DNA of 64,000 nucleotides from Vulcanimicrobiota bacterium (GCA_963805945.1 CAWDVP010000006.1:256001-320000); one strand, 5' to 3'. Numbered from the stretch's first letter, positions 1-10,902 are shown. The notes: generated by a model from the sequence alone, not told the origin. Made by a program: numbers and translations.

Positions 1-371
1 CAGCGCAGGACGTCGGCTTCGCGATCAATCCGACCGGTGTCATCGGTCAGTCCGAAGGCGGCGCGGTCATGGGCGTCGGCTGGGCGCTCACCGAGGATCT
101 GCAGCGCGACGAGCATGGCAGCGTCGAGCCCGGTTTCAAAGACTACCTGTTGCCGACCGCGGTCGACGCGCCGACGATCGAGACTATCATCGTGGACTCA
201 CCGTCGGGCGTCGGCCCCTATGGCATGAAGGGCGCGGGCGAGCCGCCGATCACGACGCCGCCTGCGGCGATCGCGTGCGCGATCCGCGCCGCCGTCGGCG
301 CGGCACCGCATATTACGCCGATGACGCCGCAGGAAGTCGTCCGGACCGCTCCTTCAAAGCCCGGGGACTGA
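1..371 (+). CDS. Xanthine/CO dehydrogenase-family molybdopterin-binding subunit, C-terminal part (5' truncated by the window)
   Basis: Frame open from position 3: AQDVGFAINPTGVIGQSEGGAVMGVGWAL...DYLLPTAVDAP...GPYGMKGAGEPP, typical of the XDH large-subunit C-terminus. Confidence 0.9.
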   Translation, partial: AQDVGFAINPTGVIGQSEGGAVMGVGWALTEDLQRDEHGSVEPGFKDYLLPTAVDAPTIETIIVDSPSGVGPYGMKGAGEPPITTPPAAIACAIRAAVGAAPHITPMTPQEVVRTAPSKPGD

Positions 372-2942
372 CCGGCCTTCCAACGCGATCGACACCTTGC
401 TCTGCAGGTTCGCGAGATGCGCCCGCGATAGCGGGTCGAGCGAACCCGACGCCAGCGCGCCGCGCAACGTGCCCGAGAGGCTCACGAGCTTCGCGCGCGC
501 GAGCGCCTGCGCGTCGCTCGGCGTGTCCTTCGCCGGCGATAGCGTCATCGCGATGAGCATGCGCGTGTAGCTCGCCTGCAGATTGCGCGTCAGCAGCGGC
601 ACGTTCGTGAGGCTGCCGGAGCGCAGGTCGCCATACACGCTGTCTTGCGTCCAGTCGAATAGGTCGGCGAGCGTCATCGTGCTGCCTGTCTTGGCGCGCA
701 CGCCGATCTCATCGATGCGCTGCAGCCGCAGCGGTTGGTAGAGCGTCTTGAGCACGTTGTTCTGCATGGTACCGATGATCTCGACGATCGGCACGTCGTG
801 GCGCGCCGGCGGATCGTACGCCCACTTGCCGTTCTCTAGCGGCTCCCACTCCTGGTAGGTCATGCGGTTGAGCGTCGCCGGCGACAGCTGCAGCGCGGTG
901 CTCGAGAAGACGTAGCGGTCGAGATTCTGCCACGCCCGGCGCTCGGTGGCACGCGACACCGGCGTGAGCGGCTGCGTCGCCTTGGGATCGCCTGGCCGCG
1001 CGCGCGAGAGGTACTCGCCGCCGATGTAGTGCTCGAACACATTGCTGCAGCGCCTGAAATCGATGAAGAGCAAGCCGAACGCGGTCGTCTCCTCTTCATA
1101 GGGATGCTGCGCGCGCGGCACGCGCGTGTCGAGCTTGCCCATGAGAGAGCGCGCCAGGCCGAGCCGCATGTCGCACCAGCCGATGTTGTCGTCCGTCAGA
1201 TCGAACTGGTCGACGCGCGGGTCGATCGCGTGCGCGTCGCCCCACGACACGTCTTCATCGGAGGCGAAGCGGTACCACGGGTTGGTCCACTGCGACGCCC
1301 ATTGATGCAGCGTCGGCAGCTCGTCGTCCGGCGTGCGTGCACCCGGCACCGGCGCGTACGCCCAGTGGATCGCGTAGTAGTCGTACGGACCGATCGTGGT
1401 CATGAAGAGAGCGCCATGCGACTGCCCCTTGGGCCACAGGTTGATCGGGTTGTACTCCATGACCGACGACGACATGCCGTGCTTGGCGGTGAACTCCGCG
1501 CTCCTCACCTGCGCAGCCGTGTACGCCTGCGAGCCGATGAAGTTGTGCATCATCCCCATGTCGTGGCCGACTTCGTGCAGTGTGCCGTCGATGATGAAGT
1601 CATCGACGTACTGCTGCGGCACGTCGCCGCCCGGCCAGTCGCCGGTGAGACCAAACGCCACCGCGCCGAACCCTGCTTGCATCCGTTTCTCGGCTGCGTA
1701 CAGCTGCTCGCGCCCACCGAACGTTCTGGCGCGCGATGGATCCACGTAGAACGGATATTCGACGTCGAAGAAGTTGATGTAATCGGCATCGAACACGACG
1801 CCGGTGCGGAATTCCTGGCCGGTCCGCGGATCCCAGTAGAGCTGCGCCTCGAGGAAGCCGCCTGAGTTCGAGTCCGTGAGCCAGCGCAGCATGCTGTGGC
1901 GCACGTCGTCGGGATCCCAGCTCGGATCATCCGGCTGGTCTTTCACCTGGACCGCGTCGGTGATGCCGAGCGGGAGAAACGCCTTGTTCCACTCCAGCAC
2001 CGCGCGCTTGACCGGCGCGCGATACGCCTCCGGCATCGTGTTGCTCATGTAGAACACCATCGGATGCTTGGCCGGCGACATCGCCGCGTTCGGATCCGTC
2101 TTCTGCATGTTCCAGCGGAGGATATAGCGCTGGTGGCGGTTCGTCAGCTTATCGGTGCCGAAGTTGAGGCGCACGTTATCGAAGAAGCCGACGCGGTCGT
2201 CCGCGAGGCGCGGCATGTAGTCGCCGTCGTTCGGCGGCTCGATGAAATTGTAATCGATCTTGAACTCGATCGCGCGCGGGTCGGGCACGTTGTCGATGAT
2301 CGACGCGTCGTCGGTGGTCCAGGTCTGGCGCACGTCGACGAGCGTGTTGTCGGGGAACGACTTGGTCGGGCCGAAGTAGCTTCGATCGGCGTCGAGGTGA
2401 TACAGCTTGCCGGGATCGGGGTTGCCGAGCGACGCCTTGAGCGTGTCGGCGAAGTCGATGACGTCCCCGAGGAACGCCGACATGTCGACGATGATCTTGC
2501 CGGATGCGTCATCGGTGGCCGCGACCTTCGCCACCCCCACGACGGATTTCGCAGTTTGGTCCTCGATCGCGCGCGCATCCGCCGTGTTCGCGGGCGCGAC
2601 GAAGAACTCGTTCGGGAAGAGGATCGCGACCTTATCGTCCTGGCGCGTGAAGCGGATGATGCGCGGCGGGAAGTAATCGCCGCCGCCCGCGATGATGAAA
2701 TACCCGCCCAGGCCGTTGCGCGGCACCGCGCTGAGGATGTAGTCGTGATCGAGCTGCGCTTTACTGAGCTCGAAATAGATCTTGCCGCTCTTGCGCCACA
2801 CGGTGAACAGCCCGGGCTGTGACGTCAACCCGGTCGTGAACTTGGCGTACGCCGCCGGCGCGTCGTCGTCGGCCATCGCCATCGGGAGCATGCTCAACAC
2901 AGCGACGGCATACAGTGCCGCCGCAATACCAAAGCGTTTCAT
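354..2942 (-). CDS. Secreted zinc-dependent metalloprotease (DUF5117/DUF4953, EcxA-like)
   Basis: Signal peptide; HEVGHDMGMMH zinc motif; SSVMEY Met-turn; PRLADDRVGFF and GPYDYYAIHWAY motifs. Confidence 0.9.
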   Translation of the reverse strand: MKRFGIAAALYAVAVLSMLPMAMADDDAPAAYAKFTTGLTSQPGLFTVWRKSGKIYFELSKAQLDHDYILSAVPRNGLGGYFIIAGGGDYFPPRIIRFTRQDDKVAILFPNEFFVAPANTADARAIEDQTAKSVVGVAKVAATDDASGKIIVDMSAFLGDVIDFADTLKASLGNPDPGKLYHLDADRSYFGPTKSFPDNTLVDVRQTWTTDDASIIDNVPDPRAIEFKIDYNFIEPPNDGDYMPRLADDRVGFFDNVRLNFGTDKLTNRHQRYILRWNMQKTDPNAAMSPAKHPMVFYMSNTMPEAYRAPVKRAVLEWNKAFLPLGITDAVQVKDQPDDPSWDPDDVRHSMLRWLTDSNSGGFLEAQLYWDPRTGQEFRTGVVFDADYINFFDVEYPFYVDPSRARTFGGREQLYAAEKRMQAGFGAVAFGLTGDWPGGDVPQQYVDDFIIDGTLHEVGHDMGMMHNFIGSQAYTAAQVRSAEFTAKHGMSSSVMEYNPINLWPKGQSHGALFMTTIGPYDYYAIHWAYAPVPGARTPDDELPTLHQWASQWTNPWYRFASDEDVSWGDAHAIDPRVDQFDLTDDNIGWCDMRLGLARSLMGKLDTRVPRAQHPYEEETTAFGLLFIDFRRCSNVFEHYIGGEYLSRARPGDPKATQPLTPVSRATERRAWQNLDRYVFSSTALQLSPATLNRMTYQEWEPLENGKWAYDPPARHDVPIVEIIGTMQNNVLKTLYQPLRLQRIDEIGVRAKTGSTMTLADLFDWTQDSVYGDLRSGSLTNVPLLTRNLQASYTRMLIAMTLSPAKDTPSDAQALARAKLVSLSGTLRGALASGSLDPLSRAHLANLQSKVSIALEGRSVPGL

Positions 2943-3093
2943 CGGTGAACCTTTCGCGTGGATAGTATCGCCGCGTGCTTGTGCTTCGTCTGGGTCGAGG
3001 GTCGATACCTCCGGCGCCGCAGCGCCAGGGCCGCCCCCGCAGGCTCGTCGAAGGCGCGTGCATCCTGCACCTGACTAAAGGGGGTCTTCGCCT

Positions 3094-3555
3094 GTGCATC
3101 AAGCCGCGCTCGTGGCCCACGTCTTCTTCGGAACCCTCGCGTTCGGCTTCGCGATCACGTTCGAGCTGCTGATGAAGTCGATCGGGAGGTCCGGCGACGT
3201 CCGGACGATCCGCACGGCCTTCACTCTCGCCGTGCGCTACGCCATATGGATCGGACCGCTCTTCGGCATCGCAGTGCTGCTCGGCTTCGGTGTGGCGATC
3301 GACCGCCACGAGCCGCTGCTGCAGACGTGGCTTGTGATCTCCTACGTGCTCGCCGCCATCGGCTTGTTTCTCGGCACCGGCCTCAACCGGCCCGCATTTA
3401 TGGGGATCCTTGAAGCCGCCAAGGTCTCGCCCGACGACGCGCCCTCGCCGGAACTGAAGGCCGCCGTGGCGCGCTTTAATCCGGCGACGTGGCTCATGGT
3501 GTTGCTCATGATCGCGCTCATCACGCTGATGTTCGTGAAGCCCTTCTCGAACTAG
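3094..3555 (+). CDS. DUF2269-like integral membrane protein
   Basis: Four hydrophobic segments, N-terminal His (AHV), C-terminal LMFVKP. Confidence 0.75.
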   Translation: MHQAALVAHVFFGTLAFGFAITFELLMKSIGRSGDVRTIRTAFTLAVRYAIWIGPLFGIAVLLGFGVAIDRHEPLLQTWLVISYVLAAIGLFLGTGLNRPAFMGILEAAKVSPDDAPSPELKAAVARFNPATWLMVLLMIALITLMFVKPFSN

Positions 3556-3637
3556 GCACGCGCGCCGGCGCAGGTTTACGCCCCGACAAGCGTGGGTACC
3601 ATGGCAGCAACCCGCGGTCATGAGGGGGACCCCCACT

Positions 3638-4183
3638 ATGTCAGATGTGAAGACGGTCGGTTCGCCGACCCTGTACGCGGCTTTTCCCAGCGGTGAAATC
3701 GCGCAGCGGGCGTACGGCGCGCTGCTCGACCGTGGTGTCCACAAAGAGGACATCAGCATCATCGCTCCCGTCGCGCACGACGGTCGTGTGCCCGAGGCCG
3801 CTCGTCTCGTGATCGGCACGACGACGCGCTCGGACGTCGCGGTGAGGGCGGCGAAGGGTGCTGGGTTCGGGGTCGCAGTCGGCACCGCCGCGGCGCTCGC
3901 AGCTTTGTTCATCCCGGGAGTCGGTTTGGTGCTCGGCGCGGGCGCGCTCGCCACGGCGCTGGCGGCTACCGCCGGAACCATCGCCGGCGGGGCGGCGATC
4001 GGAGCCGTGGTCGGCTGCCTGATGGATCAGGGCGTGCCGGCGGAGATCGCCGCGCGCTACAAGGACTCGCTTCGCACCGGCGGCGCGATGCTCGCTGTGA
4101 CGGTCCCATACGGCGATGCGGACCAAGCGGCCATCGAAGACGCGCTCGTGAAGTTCGACGCCACCGACATCAACCTATACTAG
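3638..4183 (+). CDS. General-stress-protein-like membrane protein with Gly/Ala-rich hairpin
   Basis: AAFPSGEIAQRAYGALLDRG, IPGVGLVLGAG, GVPAEIAARYKDSLRTGG; GAGGGG ribosome-binding site before ATG 3638. Confidence 0.7.
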   Translation: MSDVKTVGSPTLYAAFPSGEIAQRAYGALLDRGVHKEDISIIAPVAHDGRVPEAARLVIGTTTRSDVAVRAAKGAGFGVAVGTAAALAALFIPGVGLVLGAGALATALAATAGTIAGGAAIGAVVGCLMDQGVPAEIAARYKDSLRTGGAMLAVTVPYGDADQAAIEDALVKFDATDINLY

Positions 4184-6310
4184 GCCGCCCATGAGGTCGG
4201 CGTCCTTGGCCCAGCGCGGCGGCTTGCCGAAGCCGGTCGCAGACGCGCTCACAAGGCCTCGCGACAGACCGTAGCGCAGCGCGCGCCGCTCTTCCGCCAG
4301 ATAGAGCTGCTTGGCCTCGAAGCGCGCGTAGTACCACGCAAATTTCGCCGTCTGCGACGCACCGGGCGCGACGTTCTCGCGCACGATGAGGCCATAGGTG
4401 CGCGAGAACGCCATGGCGCGGGACACGTAGATGCGCGGGAAGCGCTCGTGTGCGAGGCCGATGACGAACACGTGCGGCCAGCGCTCGCCTTTGGCCGCGC
4501 TGATCGTGTCGCAGGCGATCGCCTCGCGCGTGCGCAGCGCCGGCCGCAGCAACGCCATGTCGTCTTCCAACGCCCTCACGAGCTCGCTCACACCGCGCTG
4601 CGCGCCGCTCGCGCCGGCCGCGGCGAAGGCTTCGAGCACCCGCTGCGCATCATCGAGCAGGCGCGGGCGGCGGTGCTGTGGCGCCGACTCCCAGCGCCGC
4701 ATGAAGCCGCCTGCCCGCGCGAGCCCGGCGATCTGCGCGGCGGGCGAGGCCCCAGCGAACCGCGTGCGCCACGCCTCGAGCTGCGCGCGGAAACGCGCGA
4801 CGGTCTCGCGCGTCGCCTCCGGCAGCCGCTTGTCCACCGTCCCCTCGAGCATGTTGCGCGCGAGCGCGGTGCGTTGACGCCCCTTGCCCGGTCGCTTGCG
4901 TTCGTCGTTGACGCCGACTTCGAGCGCCAGCTGCGTCACCGCAGTCGTATCCTCGCACAGCGCGTAGATGCTCGCGTCGGAGAGACCGAGCAGCGGCGAC
5001 GCGAGCACGCGCAGCATGTGCTCGTGGTCGTAGGGGTCGTCGACGACCGCCGCGAGGGCGAGCCAGTCGGCGATATCGTTGGGCGTCTCGAAGCGCGCCA
5101 GCGGCGCGTCGACCGGCAATCCTCGCCGCTGCGAGCAGATCGGCATACACGGCCGCCGCGTCATCGCTGCGCGTCAGCAGCGCGATGTCGCTCGGCGCCG
5201 CGCCTTGGCGGAGCAGATCCTCGATCGCCGCCCCGAGATGCTCGACCTCTTCCGCCTCGTCAGAGAAGCGCTGCGCACGCGGCTGGGGCGACGCGGGGTT
5301 CGGCGCGAGCTCGATGCGCTGCGTCGGCTCCATCGCGGACAGCACCGAACGGCGGCCATGGAGCCCGTCGACCGCCGCGTCCGGCCAGCCCGCGATGGTG
5401 ATGCCTCGCAGCCCGGCGGCGCTCAGCGCGATGAGCAGATCGCCGACGCCCGCATGCGCGTCCTCCGCGTCGTCCACCATCACGTGCGCGATGCTGCGCG
5501 CGATCGCCCGAGCACGAGCGGCCGTCTTCGACCAGCCAGCGCAGGCACTCATCGACGATATCCTCGTCGCTGGCCAGCGGCGCGCTCCGCGCGACCGTGA
5601 GATACTCGCGATACAGCCGCGCGAGCAGGATGCCGAGATCGCGCTCGGCGCGCTTTTGCGATTGCAACACGTCGGGGCCGGCGCGCAGCGCCTCTCTGCC
5701 GCGTTTGCTGACGCGCCCGAGCACTGCCGGGTCGCGCGCCTTGGCGAGCGCCGCCTCGACCTCGTCGCCGTAGAACGCCTGCAGCCCGGCGACGCTGCCG
5801 CGCTCGAACTCCTCCGGGCTCACCCGCGAGCCGCGCAATTGCGTCATGAGCGCTGCGGCTTCGTCCAAGAACTTGTCCGGCCGGCTCAGGAACGGGATGT
5901 TCAGATCGAGCTCGCCGTCGCCCAACTCGGGCCACGTCAGGTCGAGCAGCCCGGCGGCCGCTTCGCGGACGATCTCGCGGGCGGCGGCAGGACCGCCGTT
6001 GCGCAGGTCCGGACGCACGCCGGCCAATGCATAGTGCGAGCGCAGCAGCTGCAACAAGTGATTCGGCGCAGTGTCGACGCGGATGTTGTCAGGCGCGTCG
6101 AACGACGCAAGGGCGCGGCGAAATGCGCGCACGCCCGACTCGTGCGAGCAGATGACGAGCAGAGAACCCGAGCTTCGCTCGGGCACTACAGGATAACGTG
6201 GCGGCGAGGTGCGCGGCGCGCGCGGCGAGCGCCGCGGTCTTGCCTGAGCCGGGCGGGCCGGTGATCTGCAAGACGCCGTCCTGCGGTGCGGCGACCGCCG
6301 CGTTCAGCAT
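4175..6310 (-). CDS. UvrD/AddA/AdnB-like superfamily 1 helicase, split by three +1 frameshifts (about 6195, 5515, 5120; probable sequencing errors)
   Basis: Walker A GPPGSGKT; motif II-like VMVDDAED; DIALLTRS; TISAAKGERWPHVFV; EERRALRYGLSRG, in four consecutive frames. Confidence 0.8.
6167..6190 (-). repeat. REP-like palindrome, family A, inside the helicase gene
   Basis: Minus strand TGTAGTGCCCGAGCGAAGCTCGGG; encodes VVPERSSG. Confidence 0.85.
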
Positions 6311-6344
6311 CGCGGCTCCCGGTGCCGTATCCGACGGCGCTCGC

Positions 6345-7917
6345 TCAACGCGCAAAGACGCGCTCGCGATCGACAGGCTGTTCGCGGCAGCCGCGCGCGT
6401 ACGCGCAGTACGCGCACGGCGGGTCGACGCCGGCTTCGAAATGGGCGACGCCTTGTTTCGTGAGCATGTCGGCGCGCGCGAGCAGCACGTCGACGGAGGC
6501 CGCCATGTCGGCCGGCGAGGCGACGCCGCGCACCACGCCGCTGCGCGCCGCCCGCTCCACGACCGCCTTGCCCTGGTCGTCGACGATGTCGAGCGCGAGC
6601 ACCCACACCGGATCGCGCGGGTCGCGCAGCGAGATGAGCGCGAGCCGGCCGACGTCGTCGCCCCGCATGCGCCGCACCGTATAGTACAGCGCGAGCTGCC
6701 CCTCCTCGCCGCGGCGGATCTTCCTTATGTACTCGTCGGGATTCTCATCGATGCGGCCGGTCTTGTAATCGTAGATCGTCACCGCACCGCCTGCCGCCGG
6801 CCGGTCGATGCGGTCGATGTAGCCGACGAACTCGTGGCCGCCCATCGACCAGCGCTGCAGTGCTTCGACCGACTCGACCTCCATCGGATGATCGTCCGCC
6901 TCTGCTTTGAGCCAACGCGCGTAGTGAGCGGCGACCGCATGCGCCTTGAGGCGGCTCACCTCGAACTCGAGGCGCGAGGCGAACTCCTCGCGATTGCGCT
7001 CGAAGGCGAAGTCGAGCTGTGAGTGCAGCCGTTCGAGGATCGCGTTGCCGGAATACTCCGCGGGCACGCGGATCTCGCGATGCAGCGCCTCGAGCGCTTC
7101 GTGGAAGACCTTGCCGTAGGTCGCCGCCGCAGAGCCGTCGTCTTCGACCGCATCGCAGAGGTACTCGAAGAACCAGCGGCGCGGGCACTTCACGAAACCG
7201 TTGAGCCGCGAGGCGGAAAACGCCATCGCCGGCGCCACCAGCGGGCGCGGTTCTTCCGGTATCGGCCAGGCCCACGCTTCTTCTACTTCGATTTCTTCGG
7301 TCGCGTCGCTGAAGTGCCGCGCCAAAGCTGCGTGTGCCGGCGCGGTGACCGTGATCTGAAGCGCCGCGCCACGCGGCTCGAGCGCGCCTGCATCCGCGCC
7401 CAGCGCATACGCGAGCGAGCCTGGACCCGCCGGACTGCTCGCCGCTTCCGCGAAGACGATCTCAAGCGTCTCGTCGCCGGCCTCGTCGTCGCCGCACGAC
7501 AGCACGCGCAGGCCGGCCGGCGCTTGCAGCGACTGCGCGACCCAACGCGGCAACACGACGCCGCTTTTCCCGGAGCGCCGAGCGATTTCGAATGCTTCCT
7601 CGAGGGTTGCCGCTTGTCGTTGCGAGGGTTGATCTGAAGATCGATCGGGCCGACCTGAAGGTCGGCCCGCTACATGGGCCGTCGGCGCGAGAACCATGAG
7701 AAGACGGGCGAGAGCGCTGTAAGGCAGCGTTCTCGTCGGCGACCGCAGCCGCCAGAGCGAGCTCGTCGATGTCGGCGCGCGCGCACGCGTCCGCCAACGC
7801 GCAGATCCCGTCGACGAACGCCGCGTCGCTGCGCAGCTCGAGCGGCCACGGCCAGTCGCCGGCGGCAAGGGCGCGCACCAGGGCCGCGCGGCAACCGCCG
7901 CCCGAACTCGAATCCAT
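6345..7917 (-). CDS. PD-(D/E)XK nuclease, AddB/AdnA-like C-terminal domain with four-Cys Fe-S staple; one +1 frameshift at about 7722
   Basis: FSASRLNGFVKCPRRWFF, GKVFHEALE, GYIDRID, IYDYKTG, QLALY, CAYCAYARGC. Confidence 0.85.
7646..7674 (-). repeat. REP-like palindrome, family C, inside the nuclease gene
   Basis: Minus strand TGTAG CGGGCCGACC TTCA GGTCGGCCCG, perfect 10-bp stem; encodes HVAGRPSGRP. Confidence 0.8.
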
Positions 7918-7927
7918 GGTCGCGTGC

Positions 7928-9136
7928 TTAGACGTCGCGGAGGCTGCGTACTGCGGCATTGAGCCGCTCGAGCGAATTCTCGACGCAATCGATGAGCAAC
8001 GCGAGCAGACCGCTCATGTCGCCGGCGTCGGCCTCGCTCAGGCCGTCGTAGTAGCGCGCGCGGTCTTCCACCCGCACGATGGCCGGCGGGTAGCCGTTCG
8101 CGTCCAGGATCAGATTGGAGAGGAGGCGGCCGACGCGGCCGTTGCCGTCCAGGAACGGCGCGATGTTGAGGATCTTCGCCTGTGCGGCCGCGGCCTTAGC
8201 CACCGGATCGGCCGCGGAATCCTCGAGCCACTCGGTGAACTCCCGCAGCAGCGCGGGGACGAGAACGCTCTCCGGCGGCAGATAATCGCGCCCGACGATG
8301 CCGCCGTCGGTGCGCCGGTACTCGCCCGCCTGCTCGTCGTCGATCGAGGCGAAGAGCTGTGCGTGCAGCTCGCGGATCGCGTGCTCGGTGAGCGGCGCGT
8401 CGCTGATCGCGAGCACGGACGCGCGGTCGAGCGCCTTGTTCAAGTTGACCGCCTCGAGGTGCGCGCGCAGCGTCAGACCGCCGACCGTCGTGCCCTGTTC
8501 GATAAGCTCTTGCGTCTGCGCACGATCGAGCGTGTTGCCGCGCAGCGCGTTCGAGTGATATATCTCATCGAGGCGCATCTCTTTGCGCAGCGACTCGCGC
8601 GCCCGCGCCGCCTTCTCGCCGTGCGCCTCGAAGAGCCGGACGTGCTCGCGCAGTTCTCGCAGGCGGCCTTCCAGCTCGGGCGCGAAACGCAGACCGGTCG
8701 CTTGCTCTTCGGAGCGCGCGGCTTGCTCCAAACCGAAGGCCGCCGGGTCGATCTCGTGCTCGCGCAGCCAGTCGAGCGCGAGCGCTTCCAGCCGGCGCTG
8801 CCGGTAGGACAGCCAGGAGCGGCGCGCACGCGGATAGGCGCTCAAGGTCTGGAGGAAGCGCGCCGGATTGGCGGAGCCGGTGGACGCGGCGCGCAGGCGG
8901 TCGGCGAGTTCGCCGTCGAGCAGCGTTTCGATGAAGTCGGAGACGAGCGCCGCCGCCTCGGCATGCGACACCGCCCGCACCGGGACGGCGTCCGCGCGAG
9001 AGGCCACCCGCAGGGCGGCCGGATCTTCAGCCGCGTATGGCTCGACCCGCCCGGCCGCTGTCAGGAAGAAATAGCGGAACTGGCCGCTGCGGTCGTCGAG
9101 CGCGTCGGCCAGTTCTTCAAGCAAGAAGTTTCGCAC
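7928..9136 (-). CDS. UPF0158-like N-terminal domain fused to a Fic domain with a degenerate active site
   Basis: LEELADALDDRSGQFRYF...SDFIETL...RRSWLSYRQRRLEALALDWLREHEI (UPF0158-like); IAPFLDGNGRVGR (Fic motif, His replaced by Ala); start chosen at GTG 9136, ORF open to 9241. Confidence 0.85.
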   Translation of the reverse strand: MRNFLLEELADALDDRSGQFRYFFLTAAGRVEPYAAEDPAALRVASRADAVPVRAVSHAEAAALVSDFIETLLDGELADRLRAASTGSANPARFLQTLSAYPRARRSWLSYRQRRLEALALDWLREHEIDPAAFGLEQAARSEEQATGLRFAPELEGRLRELREHVRLFEAHGEKAARARESLRKEMRLDEIYHSNALRGNTLDRAQTQELIEQGTTVGGLTLRAHLEAVNLNKALDRASVLAISDAPLTEHAIRELHAQLFASIDDEQAGEYRRTDGGIVGRDYLPPESVLVPALLREFTEWLEDSAADPVAKAAAAQAKILNIAPFLDGNGRVGRLLSNLILDANGYPPAIVRVEDRARYYDGLSEADAGDMSGLLALLIDCVENSLERLNAAVRSLRDV

Positions 9137-9367
9137 GATAGCGGGCGCGATTTCGCCCGGTCGTCCCGACGCGCCTGGTCTGCGTCGCAAGAAACGTGAC
9201 CCCGCGCACTCGCGTCGGGCCGGGGAATCGCGCAGAATCAAAGAACCTGGATCTCAAGAGCGTCGGGGGGCACGCTTCTCATCCGCGCCGCCCGCGTCCC
9301 GTTCTACAGCACGGAAGTGATGCCGGATGCCGCTTTTCTACGGACCAGCCGATAGCAGCATGTAACA

Positions 9368-9952
9368 ATGTTGAACGCGGTCCGGTCCAAACAATTGGAA
9401 CCAGTCTCGTCGGGGCAAGACTACGCCCTGATGCAGCGCATCGCCAAAGGGGATGGGGATGCGTTCGCCGAGTTGGTGCGGCGATACACGAGAATGCTGT
9501 ACAACGTTGCCTATCGATATAATGCGGCGTCCGCCGAGGACCTCGTTCAAGAGGCATTTCTCCGGGCGTTTCAGCATGCCAACACCTATTCGGGCCGCTC
9601 CAAGGTATCGAGCTGGCTCTATCGCATCTGCGTCAACGTCTGCCTGACCAACATGGGTCGGGCGAACCTGCAGACGACCGACATCGAAGAGATCCCTGAA
9701 GCGGAGCTGACCGCCTCTTTCAACGAGCGGCCTGAGTCGCGCGCCCAGGGCAAAGAGACCTACAAGGCGATCGAAGAAGGCCTGCGACTGCTGCCGAGCC
9801 AGGAGCGCATGGTCTTCATCTTGCGCGAGCTGCAGGGGCTCGCGTACTCCGAGATCTCCGACCTGCTCGGCATGACCGAGCAGGCGGCTCGCACCAACCT
9901 GCATCGCGCCAAGCGACGGCTCCAGTCGTGGCTGAGCCCGTTGCTGACATGA
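9368..9952 (+). CDS. ECF RNA polymerase sigma factor
   Basis: AEDLVQEAFLRAF, SSWLYRICVN (region 2); LAYSEISDLLG...RTNLHRAK (region 4). Confidence 0.95.
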   Translation: MLNAVRSKQLEPVSSGQDYALMQRIAKGDGDAFAELVRRYTRMLYNVAYRYNAASAEDLVQEAFLRAFQHANTYSGRSKVSSWLYRICVNVCLTNMGRANLQTTDIEEIPEAELTASFNERPESRAQGKETYKAIEEGLRLLPSQERMVFILRELQGLAYSEISDLLGMTEQAARTNLHRAKRRLQSWLSPLLT

Positions 9953-9965
9953 GAGGACACGTATA

Positions 9966-10868
9966 GTGGAGTGCTCTGAAGCGCTCGACTTCCTGTACCT
10001 GTCCTTCGACGGTTCGTTGACGGCGCAGCAGCAGATGCTGCTCGACGCGCACCGCCGGACGTGTTTCGCATGCGCAAACACGCTCTCGCGCGCGCAGCGC
10101 TTCCAGCAAATCCTGGTGCAGGTGCCGCAACTGAGCGTGCCGCGCGGTCTCGAAGATCGCATCATCGAAAGCGTCTTCGCCGCCAGCGGCATGACGAACA
10201 AGCGCGAGGAGACGTTCCGCACCGTCGTCGATTCTTTCACCAATTGGCGCTCGTTCGGGCTCGCCTTCGGCACAGCCGCAGCGGCGCTGGCATTGATCTT
10301 GATCAGCCGCAACGTCATGCAGCAGGCGGCCATGAACCATCAGACGCCCGAGCGCACTTTGACCGCCGCGGTCGACGGCACGCTCCAGATCCAGCCGGCT
10401 GCAGGCCAGCCGGAGCAAGCGGGCTCGAACGTGGCGATTGCGCCTGGTGAGACGTTGACGAGCGGCGACGCGCGCCCGGCGACCGTGGCGCTCGCGTCAG
10501 GCCTGGCGATCACATTGAGCGGCGGCACGCAAGTCCGCGTGGGCACCGTCAAGGTGGATCAGCAGACCGGCGATCCCGATGTGATCGCGCTGCGCGTCGA
10601 TCATGGCACCGTCGGCGTGCGTGAGAATCTCAGCCGCGGCGGCAGCGCCGTGCACGTGGCCACCGACCAGGCGACCGTCGTGCCGACCGGCACGATCTTC
10701 ACCGTGTCGGCGAATCCCGGCGTGACCCAGGTCGCGGTGGGCGAAGGCAGCGTCGAAGTGTATCTGCCGGGCGAGACGTTCAACGTGACCGCCGGCAGCG
10801 AAGCGCGCATCACCAAGGACAAGCATACGGTCGGCAAGATCAAACCGACCGAGCGCATCTCCCACTAG
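9966..10868 (+). CDS. Anti-sigma factor: zinc finger (HxxxCxxC), transmembrane helix and FecR-like domain
   Basis: MECSEA...HRRTCFAC; one TM segment; VATDQATVVPTGTIFTV...TQVAVGEGSVEV. Confidence 0.85.
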   Translation: MECSEALDFLYLSFDGSLTAQQQMLLDAHRRTCFACANTLSRAQRFQQILVQVPQLSVPRGLEDRIIESVFAASGMTNKREETFRTVVDSFTNWRSFGLAFGTAAAALALILISRNVMQQAAMNHQTPERTLTAAVDGTLQIQPAAGQPEQAGSNVAIAPGETLTSGDARPATVALASGLAITLSGGTQVRVGTVKVDQQTGDPDVIALRVDHGTVGVRENLSRGGSAVHVATDQATVVPTGTIFTVSANPGVTQVAVGEGSVEVYLPGETFNVTAGSEARITKDKHTVGKIKPTERISH

Positions 10869-10902
10869 GGGCCCTTCCGCTTCGAGCGCGAAGCCCGCGC
10901 TC

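Noticed and set aside
10879..10896. GCTTCG-agcg-CGAAGC hairpin as a terminator or REP
   Set aside because: Short stem, no U-tract and no GTAG-type tetramer.
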